A DNA stretch of 63,542 bases, filler included, from Basidiobolus ranarum (taxonomy: Eukaryota): the NCBI GenBank assembly GCA_040143965.1. It is 39 parts of 39 records of this genome, joined end to end, with 100 filler letters (N's around TTAATTAATTAA, not from the genome) between each part and the next. Parts side by side here need not be neighbours in the genome. Positions count along the whole stretch, not along the records: positions 11,469 to 13,004 come from JASJQH010004892.1; positions 13,105 to 14,640 come from JASJQH010004893.1; positions 14,741 to 16,276 come from JASJQH010004894.1; positions 16,377 to 17,911 come from JASJQH010004895.1; positions 18,012 to 19,546 come from JASJQH010004896.1; positions 19,647 to 21,180 come from JASJQH010004897.1; positions 21,281 to 22,814 come from JASJQH010004898.1; positions 22,915 to 24,448 come from JASJQH010004899.1; 31 more parts are not named here. One strand, written 5' to 3'. Positions 12,873 to 24,994 of the stretch are shown here, piece by piece. The notes beneath the pieces were generated by a model, which worked only from the letters and a program-made list of their open reading frames with translations, was not told the origin of the DNA and made no database searches. Position 1 is the stretch's first letter; each line of letters starts with the position of its first letter. Both the position numbers and the translations under genes were made by a program.

Positions 12873-13104
12873 CACCTGATACGTTAGTTATAGTTCGTAT
12901 ATGAAGCGGACGTTTCTTATATCTATCAATAGTTTACAATAAAGTAGTGTATTCCAATATTCACGCGCGTGTTAAGAAAAAGGATTTGAGGAATATTGCT
13001 TCAGNNNNNNNNNNNNNNNNNNNNNNNNNNNNNNNNNNNNNNNNNNNNTTAATTAATTAANNNNNNNNNNNNNNNNNNNNNNNNNNNNNNNNNNNNNNNN
13101 NNNN

Positions 13105-14084
13105 GCACCTGTGGTGAAATGACACTCTGTATGTAATAATCTGTATTACTATATGCTAATCTGATTAACAATGTATCAGCAAAATCAGTGATGGATGTAA
13201 TGCAATGGGTTACGGAGACTCCAGAGTATGTTTACCTTCCAACAAAGGGCTCTTTTCAATGTGCTCATGGGTTTTTGCATTGTTTGAGCACAATAATGAC
13301 AACAAAACCCAATCCATGGACACAGAGTAAGTACCTCTATAATTTGGACTAATTAGTTTGTGTGATAATATGAAGGTATTTCTAGGAAAGCTGCAAGACA
13401 GGATTTTTGGCAAGATAGATTGAGATATGTAGTATTATTGCTTTAGCCATGAGGTAATCTATTCAAGCAATGACACATCTACTTGAGCCAGGACATTTGT
13501 GGACTAGAAGTTGGGGATATTTTGGCTGAACTCTTTACAGAAATTTGCCAAAATCCAAGAGCTTGTTCTCATTGTGAATGGTAACAAGAGTCAGCTATTT
13601 GCCAAGTGTCAGTACTAGTTGTAATTTCAGATGTTTAGCTATTTTTCCACCATTAGTTTGCAGATAAAGCATATTGATGTTGTTGAGTTATGTTGGATCA
13701 GTCAACTATGTGCATATGTAGAGACTAAACACCATGAGATTCTTGTATTTTTTGATTCTCATTATGGCTGGAATACAAAGTCTAAGATATCTAAATAAAG
13801 GCATGCATATTAATTTGAATTCCTACAGCAGCAAACCCAGTAAATTGCCAGTCAATAGTTATATTTTTGTGAAAATTGCCAGAAATTCAATAATGCATGC
13901 CAAATATGAGGATCCAAATTTCAACTTATAGGAATACCATCAAAATACTGTCAAGAAGCCACTATTGTACCATCAAAATACCTGGCAAAATGTAAGCCAC
14001 CAATATTGTGATAGTTCTCTGATAGTTTTGCAATCCAGAAGGGTGGATCCAATCCGGATCAAATCAATTTTATTTTTGTTGCGG
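13105..14084 (+). mobile_element. CMC transposon 3' end with right terminus
   Basis: Ends GGGTGGATCCAATCCGGATCAAATCAATTTTATTTTTGTTGCGG (the 61717 copy ends TTTTTGTTAGGG); subterminal CCATCAAAA repeats. Confidence 0.8.
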
Positions 14085-14640
14085 ATAGTGTTCATTTCCT
14101 CCAGTAGGAGTGTTAAATGCTTCCTTTTTCTTTGATCTGCAATAATATGCTGTATGTCTCAGCTTTTCATTTCTGTAACATTTCATAATGCTCCTTTCTG
14201 GTTGGCTATTTTGAGAATAAAATGCTTGTGTAATTATTGTTTCACCTTCAAGCTGACTTTGGTTTATCCTTTTAAATTCATCTTGACATAGACAAGGGAT
14301 CAGATAGCACTTAGTAAGCTTATCCCCAATTGCTTCCAAAGTTAGTACTAGGGCTGAATATGACTCAGTGAGACCATTAATTATGGAAAGAAGTATATGC
14401 ATTTCAGGTACTTCATAATTCACTGACTCCAGTTGTATGGCAAGTTTCTTGACACCATGCACATATGTCATAATATCCAAATCCTTAGACATATGAGAGT
14501 TTAAGAATTTTCTTTATAGCATCATCAATTGAGCAAGCCCTTTTTGCTCATGATGTTCCACTAGGATTTCCCATGCATTCTTGGCAAAGTCAGCATCTCT
14601 GACTAGCATAAGTTGTTGTGATCCCAGTCTTAGACATATT
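14085..14640 (-). mobile_element. Copia gag fragment (UBN2-like region plus degenerate zinc knuckle)
   Basis: ILLSIINGLTESYSALVLTLE..; CYRNEKLRHTAYYC. Confidence 0.8.
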
Positions 14641-14740
14641 NNNNNNNNNNNNNNNNNNNNNNNNNNNNNNNNNNNNNNNNNNNNTTAATTAATTAANNNN
14701 NNNNNNNNNNNNNNNNNNNNNNNNNNNNNNNNNNNNNNNN

Positions 14741-16276
14741 CTAATGGGGTTCAGATGGATGAATATTTTATTAAAGCTAATATCATTGTAAGTTTTGGTG
14801 ACACTCCTGCCATCAGTAAACTAGGAGGTTTTTGCAGGCACAATGCACTGTCTTGCTGAAGATTTTGTCAAATCAATGAAGTTTACTCTAACAGGCTTCC
14901 ACATACAACACTAAACTTCATGATTTTACTGTCAAGAACCCAGTCAGATTTCAACATGATCACTGATATCAATTCACCAAATAGTCAGTTTAACATCAAA
15001 CTTGGTATTAGCCATAAGCCTAAGATTATATTGCTCAAGGGGATCAGCTGGAGCCAGTGCTTCCCATTAGGCACTATGCACTTATTATTCAACAATAATC
15101 CAATACTCCTTACTCAGCTATATAGTGGAAAATACAATATTAATGAGCCATTCAAGATAGGATCAAAGTTTGAATCAATTGGGAAAATGCTTGAAAATGT
15201 CAAGATACCATCATATTTTACCAGGACTCTCACCAATATCCACTCATCTAGGTGTTTATTCAAATGCAAAGACTGTAAGTATGGGATTTGTATATCTTCA
15301 AGTTGAATTTTGAAAAGATTTCTACCTAATAAATATTGGCAACATTGGGAGTTGTTTGTTGATATTGTTAATATATTCTTATGGCATCAACTCACATTGG
15401 CAAATCTCTGGCAGATATTGCAACTGTGCAAAGATTTTGTTATTGGATATGAAAAACTTTATTACAGACTTAAAGAAGATGGACTGAACTTATGCTGGTA
15501 TTCAATACATTCCCTACTGCATCTTTCACAATGCTTAGAGATTATAGGCCCTTGCTAAACATTCTGGGAGTTCCCAATGGAGCGTACCTGTGATGAAATG
15601 ATGCTCCATGTGAAATTGTCAATATTACCATATGCTAATCTGATTAACAATGTATCAGCAAAATCAGTGATGGATGTATTGTGATGGGTTAAGGGGACTC
15701 CAGAGTATATTAATTCTGCCAACAGAGGGATCTTTTCAATGTGCTCACGGGTTTTCGCAATGCTTGAGCACAATAACAGCAACAAAGCCCAATCCATGGA
15801 CATAAAGTAAGTACCTTTATAATCAAACTAATTTGCTTATGTTATAATCTGACAATATTTGTAGGAGAGCTGCAAGACAGACTTCTTGGTGAGATAGATG
15901 GAGCTATGTAGTATTATTCTTTTAGCCATGGGGTAATCTATTCAAGAAACAACACATCAGCTTGTGGCAGGACATTTGTTGACTGCAAGTTGGGAATATA
16001 TTGGCTGAATTCTTTACGGAAATTTGCCAAAATCCAAAAGCCTATTCTCATTGTGAATGGTAACAAGAGCAAGCTATTTGCCAAGTGTCAGTGCTATTCA
16101 AAATTTCAGATGTTTAGCAATTTTTCCTCTGTTAATTTGCTGGTGAAGCATATTAATGTTGCTGAGTTATGTCTAATTAGTCAAATATGTGCATATGTAA
16201 AGACTAAACACAACAAGATTCTTGTATTTTTTGATTCTCATTATGGCTGGAATACAAACCTAAAATATCTAAATAA
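14741..16276 (+). mobile_element. Degenerate CMC transposase, central to C-terminal part
   Basis: GDTPAISKLGGFCRHNA, MHLLFNN, SIHSLLHLSQCLEIIGPC*TFWEFPMERTC..PYANLINNV. Confidence 0.85.
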
Positions 16277-16376
16277 NNNNNNNNNNNNNNNNNNNNNNNN
16301 NNNNNNNNNNNNNNNNNNNNTTAATTAATTAANNNNNNNNNNNNNNNNNNNNNNNNNNNNNNNNNNNNNNNNNNNN

Positions 16377-16463
16377 CAAGAAAACGATTCTGCAACAGCC
16401 AGAATTAGTGCAGAATGGCAAGGGTGGAATGCAAATAAAGACGTCATTTTCTTTGACAAATAG
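16377..16463 (+). CDS. Possible C-terminal end of an unidentified host gene
   Basis: Open from the contig start: QENDSATARISAEWQGWNANKDVIFFDK*. Family not recognised. Confidence 0.35.
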   Translation, partial: QENDSATARISAEWQGWNANKDVIFFDK

Positions 16464-18011
16464 ATAGGCCCTCACTAAAACAAATCCCAGATCAGTATTT
16501 AGGCAATCAAATTTACTATCGGGTAAGTGTATTTGTCCCAGTTCATGAAACAATGGTCCTACTTCCAGAGATAGCATCTCCACTCCAACTTGTTGCCAAA
16601 AATAGAATATCATATTCAAGTAATTGCATTGTTCATGTGGTTACATCTCATGTATGCTTAGATTTGTTTACCTTTATCCTACATAGCGCACTTCATGTGA
16701 CAACATACATTGTTGAAGAAAATCACTGAGAAGTTTGAAATGGTAAAATAATAGAATTGGGACAATGAGACCATAACATCATCAAAGTTCAATCCCACAA
16801 AATGACTTCTTTTTCTACCAAATCACTATGTTCTGTTTAAGGAGTCTTATGATCGATTACTGCACAGAAACTTGTTTAGACTCTCTCCTGGATTCTCAAC
16901 TGACTGAACTGGTTGATTTCTGCATGCTAACTATGTTTAGATCACATACTTACACTTTGTAGTACAAATCCGGCCTTCGTATTGAGCTACTGATGTTCTG
17001 CTTAAAGGGTGTCGAGCGCAGGCTATCCAAGTTCGATTTTCTCCTTAAACGATGATATCTCCATATTACGTGTTGATCAGCTTTGGATGAGCTGCAGTGA
17101 TGGTATGAATATAAATTACTTTTGATCAACAGAGCAAGTCAGATACCGCTGATTAAGTATCGATGATTGTGATTGGGAAGGACAAATGGGAAATCAGTCG
17201 TTCTGTTGACAAATACGAAGAGTGATAGTTCTTTAATTCCAAGATCCGCCTACAGAACATCTAATCTACCGAAGGCGACGGAAACCGGCTCTAGAGACAT
17301 CAAACCTGCTGTCAAAATCACACTTGCTCTTTATACCACCCCCTGTCCCGTGGTGCCTTACAGTATAGAATAACAGCAACCCCCGTGGGAGCGCAAGAAG
17401 GCAACCATTGAACCGATCTAGAATATAAGATAAGCAGCATTTGCCGCGTCAGGTTGATTTGTCTCACGTAGCTACTGCTGATTTTACATAAGAATTGAGT
17501 GTTACTGGGAGTGAATGGCCTTGTCATCAATGAGCATTTTTCACAGATAACAGAATAGGATTAATGAAACCACAAAACAACTCCTAGCATAGAGTACGCA
17601 CATTATGCTTATGAGGGTTTTGCCTCTGGATGATTTTGGGACAATGCTACGGTACAGGTTTGGTTTAATGGAATTGATGGCTAGATTTAAGGATTGGGAT
17701 GCTTTCATCAGTAGATTATCCCGTTTTACTCTTAGAAGGCAAATGGCATCATTATATTACCCTTATATTTATATAGCCAAGAGTAAGCTCTGAATAGGCA
17801 ATACTCAATATCCTGCAGATGACGAATCGGATGTCGAGTGGGTGATACCTGGAATTAAATCATGACTATCTAACAGTCATTGGTTTGAGAATTCCTCTGA
17901 AAAAATATGAANNNNNNNNNNNNNNNNNNNNNNNNNNNNNNNNNNNNNNNNNNNNTTAATTAATTAANNNNNNNNNNNNNNNNNNNNNNNNNNNNNNNNN
18001 NNNNNNNNNNN

Positions 18012-19436
18012 CACCAACTAGATACAGACACCAACTGGGCAAGACTGCTACCACTTTGTCTCACCATGCAAGATGCTGACTGGGTAGAACATAACATACT
18101 ACCTACCAATTCCTGGAAAGATGCCCAAGACCACTTTTGCAAGCACTTTGATGATCCACTCAAGAAAGCTCACTTACACCATGATCTTTGGAGAATTAGA
18201 ATGCAAAAGGGAGAAACTGTCCAACACTTCTGTGACAGATTTCAAAGACATATGCAAGAAGCTGGAGTGCAAGACTCTGATCCTTCACTCACTGCCTACT
18301 TTCTCTCCAACTTCAATACCACTCTGCAGAACAACCTGGAGATTATTAAAGCTGCAAACCCAACATGTAGTTATGATAAGGTTTCAGAAGTTGCTTCCAT
18401 AGCAATCACAATGCTTGCTGCTACAAGTAGCACTACCAACTCTGCTCATTGCCAACCTTATCAATCAAGTTCCCAAAACACCAATTTTGCTAGAAAAACC
18501 CGAAGTCCAAAGTACTGCCAACTGCATGGGAAAAGTTCCTGTACTACCAATGATTGTAGAACTTTAGCCAACCAAGCAAACAAGTCAAACTCAACATCTG
18601 GCAAGCCAAACCAACCAACCACCAAGACAGAAAATCCCTATGCTGATGACCACTGCTTTAAATGCAATGAACTTGGTCATAGTGCACCTGCATGTCCACA
18701 AAACAAAGCACCTACTGCTCAACTCACCTAAGTCTCTGAGGAATCTCCATCTCAACTGGATGTTACTCCTGCAGAAGATTTCACAAGTTTTGAAGATGCT
18801 CATCAAGAACAGATTCTGATCACAAACCAGAAGTAATCTCAGAAACCCCCAAACAAGAGGAGTTATCACCTTCCTTTCAAGCATATGCTAACTCTGTCAA
18901 AGTAGCCATTCAGCCTGCTATTGAGAGAAACCAAAAGATCCCAAAGAATAGTTTCTGCACTATACCAGAGTCTCTTGTTACCTTAGAAACACCACCTGGA
19001 GAAACAACTTGGAGAAGACAATATCCAATTCCACATATGCTGCAACCTTTAGTTGATGAAGTAGTACAGAAATGGGCTGATAATGGCATTATTACCCAAA
19101 CAACTGTCAACACTACCTTCAACAGCCCCTTGACTTTAGCAACAAAGAAGGATTCAGAAAGAAACCTTATACTAATAATACCTTGTGTAGATCCAAGACC
19201 TCTAAACAAACTACTACAGTATGAAAAATTTCCCATCCATAGGATCAATGACATCTTTTCCTCACTCTCAAGAGCATAGGTATTTTCTAAATTGGATTTA
19301 AAAGATGCTTATCACTGATTTTAGATTCACCCAGATCACCAACACAAGACTGCTTTCACATGGAAAAACATGCTATGGATGTTTCAAGGAGCACCCTTTG
19401 GACTCAAGAAATTGACCAGCAAGTTTCAAAGAGTTA
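18012..19436 (+). mobile_element. Degenerate Ty3/gypsy element: gag (capsid plus CCHC knuckle) and 5' half of RT
   Basis: MQKGETVQHFCDRF, CFKCNELGHSAPAC; then YPIP..FNSPL..CVDPRPLNK..FSKLDLKDAYH..TAFTW..APFGLK. Truncated at a (TA)n tract. Confidence 0.9.
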
Positions 19437-19738
19437 TATATATATATATATGGATACACATATTCACACACGTGATGAGAGAATTGTTGCCGGTGGCGCT
19501 GTTGTAGTAGAATTCAAATGTTTTCACTATTTATATAAAAGTTCAANNNNNNNNNNNNNNNNNNNNNNNNNNNNNNNNNNNNNNNNNNNNTTAATTAATT
19601 AANNNNNNNNNNNNNNNNNNNNNNNNNNNNNNNNNNNNNNNNNNNNAACTGCGAGTTGCAAAAAGATTCACTCGGTTGAGTTCACAGTGCTAGATGACAC
19701 AGAAATCAAAGACACTGAGACTTATTGCGAAGCAAAAA

Positions 19739-19811
19739 TGCCTTCTGCCGGAATTGAACCAGCGACCTTCTGCTTACTAGGCAGACGCTCTGCCAACTGA
19801 GCCAAGAAGGC
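19739..19811 (-). tRNA. tRNA-Thr(AGT)
   Basis: GCCTTCT TG GCTC AGTTGGCA GAGC G TCTGC CT-AGT-AA GCAGA AGGTC GCTGG TTCAATT CCGGC AGAAGGC A folds as a full cloverleaf; T-run downstream. Confidence 0.96.
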
Positions 19812-20433
19812 GTTATTTGCTGTTGATTTTCAACACTCCTATTTCATAATCACCAAAGCCCATAACCCCAAGGTAGAGTATGGCAGACAGCGTTTAGAAG
19901 AGTCTTAAAGAGTAATCTTGCCTTTAGGATTGTTATTTTTGACCGATACATAGCATAGCAGTCCAGCATCTAATTTTACTGGCGTCTATGTCAACTATGC
20001 TTTATATGCGACCAATATGTAACCAAGATGTCATGGTGGTATTGGCCTCATTATTTCTTGATGATGCACTAACAGTGGGTTCGACTCCAATGTCTAGTCA
20101 TCCAAATACTAAAGATACAGGCCGGTTATGGACAATTTTTGTAAAATATTGTTTAGCATTTCCAACGCCTTTAGCATAAACTTATTGTTTCTTTCGGATA
20201 ACCCTAAACTAAGCCGCTGATTGCCAGATAGCCTCTCTCAAGAAGATGGCAGTAATTGTATTACAAAGTTTTATCAATAGCGTTAGCCAAGGCATAAAAT
20301 GTTATTGAAAGACAATGGCTAAGCATCAAACCAAGAAGGAAAATTGACTACAGTAATGGACCTCTCCATTTAATAAGATTGCGTGCAGTTTACAAATTAG
20401 AGAAGAGGTTTTACAGAGAACAAGTGTAAAAAA

Positions 20434-20504
20434 TGCATACTCGGGGAATCGAACCCCGGTCTACCGCGTGGCAGGCGGTAATTATACCACTAAACCAAGT
20501 ATGC
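20434..20504 (-). tRNA. tRNA-Gly(GCC)
   Basis: GCATACT..ACCGC CT-GCC-AC GCGGT..CGGGG TTCGATT CCCCG AGTATGC A; T-run terminator. Confidence 0.96.
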
Positions 20505-20652
20505 TTTAAGTTACTTGCGAACATATAACATTGTATATTTATTGTTATTGTTAAATGGATTATTAGACCATGGAAAGTGCCAAAATAGGTACTTCAGATG
20601 TACTTCTTCGGAAGCTGGTTAATATACAATACCTTGAGGGAAAAGTAAAACA

Positions 20653-20725
20653 CGAGCATACCAGGGATCGAACCTGGAATCTCCTGATCCGTAGTCAGGC
20701 GCCTTATCCATTTGGCCATACGCCC
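20653..20725 (-). tRNA. tRNA-Arg(ACG)
   Basis: GGGCGTA..CCTGA CT-ACG-GA TCAGG..CCAGG TTCGATC CCTGG TATGCTC G. Confidence 0.96.
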
Positions 20726-21037
20726 AGTTTAAGGAGTATATTCTTGGTTGTGTAAAAAGAGCAGACACTCTTTAAAACGAGCAAACTATTTCCGATGAAT
20801 GAGGATTAAATTTAACTGCATTTCCAATCGGTCAGCAATTTTACATGGAGTTCTGTATATTCTACACAGGGATTCGATGCCAATATATAAGTATAGATCA
20901 TAGTTATAATAGTGCTGTTTCTAGTTTGTTCAAAGTAAATAAGATGCATCAATATTAAGAAGCTCAATACGATATTTATTGGATCAATTTAGGGGAAATA
21001 TCTTTTGTGTATTGTACTGACAAAAAATAGAAAAAAA

Positions 21038-21109
21038 CTCTCGGACTGGGAATTGAACCCAGGTCTCCCGCGTGACAGGCGGGGATACTCACCACTATAC
21101 TATCCGAGA
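21038..21109 (-). tRNA. tRNA-Asp(GTC)
   Basis: TCTCGGA..CCCGC CT-GTC-AC GCGGG..CTGGG TTCAATT CCCAG TCCGAGA G; T7 terminator. Confidence 0.96.
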
Positions 21110-21514
21110 TTCTATACAAAGCTCATGAATTCATGATACAAGTGCTATGTGCACAAACTGCATAACAATACGATTTGAGANNNNNNNNNNNNNNNNNNNN
21201 NNNNNNNNNNNNNNNNNNNNNNNNTTAATTAATTAANNNNNNNNNNNNNNNNNNNNNNNNNNNNNNNNNNNNNNNNNNNNATAAGTCACCATATACTCTT
21301 AAGAATAAAGTAACTAAAACACACTATCATAAGTTGCTTCTAATACCCAAAGTCTACCCCCATTATGTCAAGATCCTCCAACAGAAACAAGAAAGCTATA
21401 TAGCCTCCATATTGTCATCAGGTATATAACTATATCTATGAAAATTTCATCATTTGGCTTGTACACTGCCATTATATTATTCACATAATTCTGCTCACCA
21501 TATATTGAGCTTAT

Positions 21515-21860
21515 TGTTGAAATTAGCATTGCCTAAGCACCTATATAGCCATATATAGCTTAGTACATATTTATCTTTTATTTCACTAAGATATTATCCA
21601 TTATTCTCAATTGGAATTTACTCAGGATATTTTACCAACTTAAAAGCTCTCCAATATATATATTTTTCAAACTTGTGCTAAAAGCCCCAAACTTTGCACA
21701 CATGTTCCTAGGACCTCCTTAATGCATTCCACATCCTGGATTGCTTACATCTTGACAAAACAATAAATGTCAGCTTTCAAATCAATAAACCAATAAGTGA
21801 AAATCACCAATTTCTCTAATTCCCCAAACCACTTCCAACAGGCTCTCAAATACTCTAACA
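21515..21860 (+). repeat. Solo LTR of copia family B with near-perfect 5-bp TSD
   Basis: TGTTGAAATTAGC...TACTCTAACA flanked by CTTAT / CTTAC. Homologous to 58766-59058, 40861-41125 and 49005-49259. Confidence 0.75.
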
Positions 21861-22914
21861 CTTACATATACCAAGAAACATCATAGCTTGTATATATAGA
21901 GAAAATACTGCTTCTGAGTAGTGAAGTCAATAAAAGTGACTCCTGAAACCTCAACTCCCCTAAAACTTTCATCATTAATGACTGGTGAAAACATTTCCTT
22001 CATCAGAAATCCAAGTTGAAGCAGATATGTTTCATTTCATCAATAGTGTCAAGGTAAATGCAACATTCATATATACTATCAAATATATAATCTCAAATAC
22101 AGCCAAAATGCATATATATGTTCCATATGTAAAGATAATGTGCCAACTCATCTCATGTTTCAATATATCTCTTACTCCTTAATAGTGTGATAATATATAC
22201 TTTGTTTGAAGATATATCACATATCTACACTTCTTGGAGGAACCAAATTCTCTCTAGCAGTATGCTTCTGGTGATGAATTGTCATAAAAACTGGCAAGCC
22301 CTTCTCTGGGAATTTTTATGAAATACCCAATACAACATGATTCAACTACTTATGATCGCAATTCTTGGTAGGGAAATACAACTTACTACCGGTACTTCAT
22401 TTACTATACTCAATAAGATAATATTGAGCCAATGAGCACAGCTATTACATGATTATCATAGGAATCTAATCTTACTCTATATCATCGTGAAGTTTCACAT
22501 CCTGTATCAAATAATGAAAGTGAGTACACCAAACAATATTAAGGACAAGTTGATTGTTGAAGTTCTCATCAGCATTGATCAAGTCCCAGTAAAATCGAAC
22601 TTGATTGATCATATTTTAATCAGTCTTTTTGTAACTGAAGAAATCAAGCTTAGTATCATTCAATGTATCAGCGATCCGGCTAAAATGAAACCAATCAAGC
22701 ATACTCCTAAGAGTTGAATCCCTTAATTGTCTACTTATAGTAACCGGGCAAGAAGTATAATCTAGAGTGACTTTAGTCCCGAAATCCGAATTGGTACATC
22801 TGATCATTTGCGATNNNNNNNNNNNNNNNNNNNNNNNNNNNNNNNNNNNNNNNNNNNNTTAATTAATTAANNNNNNNNNNNNNNNNNNNNNNNNNNNNNN
22901 NNNNNNNNNNNNNN

Positions 22915-22978
22915 ATCCCAAATGGATTTAAATTGTGATGGTTTTCCTACAATAACAATCCCTAAATTTCTGTAAGGG
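22915..22978 (-). mobile_element. CMC left terminus (reverse orientation) inserted in a gypsy integrase
   Basis: Ends AAATTTCTGTAAGGG, the reverse complement of CCCT(T)ACAGAAATTT. Confidence 0.75.
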
Positions 22979-24310
22979 TTCTTCACAATTTCATTTTATA
23001 CAAACCCTGCAACTTGTTCCTCACCAGCAATTGGCACTTCTTTGGTAACTGGCCTCATAGTTGCTTGGTCAATGGCAACATGTATCTATCCGCTACTTCT
23101 TCTGGTAGTGGGTGTTCTTCCAATGAAATCCATTTTCATCTTTGCAATGGTCCTACTGGCTCCAAAGGGAGTACATTTGCACGTCTCTGAGCCTGATTCC
23201 AATCAGTATAACAAATAGGGCAAGTCTTGTCTATTCACTCTATATTAATCTTCATTTCAGGCAACCAGGCTCTGGTCTTCTATAGGCTGAGTGTTCCTTC
23301 AGTTCCTAGATGGCTGTAGCCATTATGTAGCTAATGAACCAAGTCCAATTGGTTGGGTTAGGGGCAGTAAGGTATTGGCTAGTCATCAAAAATACGGTGG
23401 AGAGATTCTTCTAAAGCAACAAATTTCACTGCTTGATGATAAATTTATTTTTGTATCTCCATCCCTGCTGGTTCTCCATATTTTTGGTCCTCTAAAACCA
23501 GTGGTACTAGTGTCAGCCAATCAAATTCTTCAATAACATTGATTTCCTTGGGCTTATCAACTTCAAACAAATCATCTGATACAACATTGATCCTTCCAGG
23601 GCAATAGGTGAAAACTAAGTCATACTTTTTCAGTTATTCACTCCATTGTGTGATTCATCTTGCTAGCAACTTTTGGATATAGACATATATTAAAGAGATG
23701 GGACCAATCTGCAGAGTATTCTTGACTGCTTCTAAATAGCATCTCAGACTTTGGGGACATGGATATTGGCAAGCTTCCCCTTTTGAGGAAATGGACAGTT
23801 CTGTTTAGCACTATTCATCTTCTTGGACTCAAAGATCATCTGGTGTCCCATAGCTTCATAAATCTGGCAAAGATCTCCTCATATGGCATAATATGAGTTA
23901 TCTGAAGTGAGAATGAGTGGCTGGTTGAGATCTGGAATCTTCAAGGCAGGCAACTTTACTAGTTCAACTTTCATGGATTGCAAAGTTGCTTCCCACAGAG
24001 AGTTTGAAGGCATACTACTTTCCTTTTGAGCTGGTAAGTCAGTGGGGCAGAGATTGAGATAAATTCTTCAAGAATTTCTGTGTCATGGCAAACCAATTCT
24101 ATGAAGGACTTGAGTTCTGATACAGTAATAGGCTGTTTTCAATTCCAAAATACTTCCACTTTTCTGGGATCAATGGCTACTCATGAACTTGTTACAATAT
24201 GTCTTGGAAATACCACTCGGTTGCTCAAGAATTCACATTGGCTGAGTTTTCCATAGATTTGGTTTGTGATAAAAGTGTTAAGAAGATATTGAAGTGTGTT
24301 AAACAATACT
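22979..24310 (-). mobile_element. Degenerate Ty3/gypsy pol (RT end, RNase H, integrase start)
   Basis: YGKLSQCEF..IDPRKV..LPALKIPDLNQPLILTSDNSYYAI..FESKKMNSAKQN, and integrase-like MDFIG..VAIDQAT; many stops. Confidence 0.8.
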
Positions 24311-24612
24311 TGGATTTGTGAATAGACTTGTTCCATCAGACCAGGTCAGATCGTGCTGCTCAATCCAGGCTGCTAATACACCATCTGGTGCAATCTGTCA
24401 ATTACCATGGCTGGGTCCTATAACACTTGATCGGACACTATAAGGAACNNNNNNNNNNNNNNNNNNNNNNNNNNNNNNNNNNNNNNNNNNNNTTAATTAA
24501 TTAANNNNNNNNNNNNNNNNNNNNNNNNNNNNNNNNNNNNNNNNNNNNAAGTGTCTAATTCACAAATCCAAATCTTGTCCAAAACACTTCCAAATCCCCT
24601 AAACACTTTTAT

Positions 24613-24990
24613 CAGAATTGGAGTAATAAAGAAATAGGCATTCACTGTTTTGAGACTCCCATTAAGAGCTCTTTTGGTATAGAATTAGAGAATATACAAA
24701 GAACCCAAGGCCCTGATATGCTTGACACTCTGTTATGATCAGTATAAGACTTCAAGTATAATATAATCTTAATAAAATTTTATTGGTCATCTGTTTTTGA
24801 TATTAACTGCAGTGCATACATATTTAACTCAATATAGGTGATCTAACTGTCATTAGGCAACATTAATCATGGCAACTCCACTTTGGCTTTATTAGCATGC
24901 TCTGCAACTCCATTTTGCTTTGCAGAAAAAGAAATGCTTGATTGTTGCTCAATTCAATGTTTACACCCTAGCAAATATAAGATAAATTTG
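24613..24990 (-). mobile_element. Heavily decayed copia integrase fragment, preceded by an LTR end at 24549-24612
   Basis: KQNGVAEHANKAKVELP. 24549-24612 matches the LTR end at 43540-43600. Confidence 0.65.
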
Positions 24991-24994
24991 ATCC

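Noticed and set aside
11990..12879. His/Cys-rich alternative-frame ORFs over the Met-rich gene
   Set aside because: Shadows of the many ATG/CAT codons; no independent support.
20021..20100. Possible tRNA-Sec
   Set aside because: No TCA anticodon loop, no extended acceptor stem and no long variable arm.
20570..20755. 61-aa ORF in the tRNA contig
   Set aside because: It is the antisense reading of tRNA-Arg(ACG) and its flanks.
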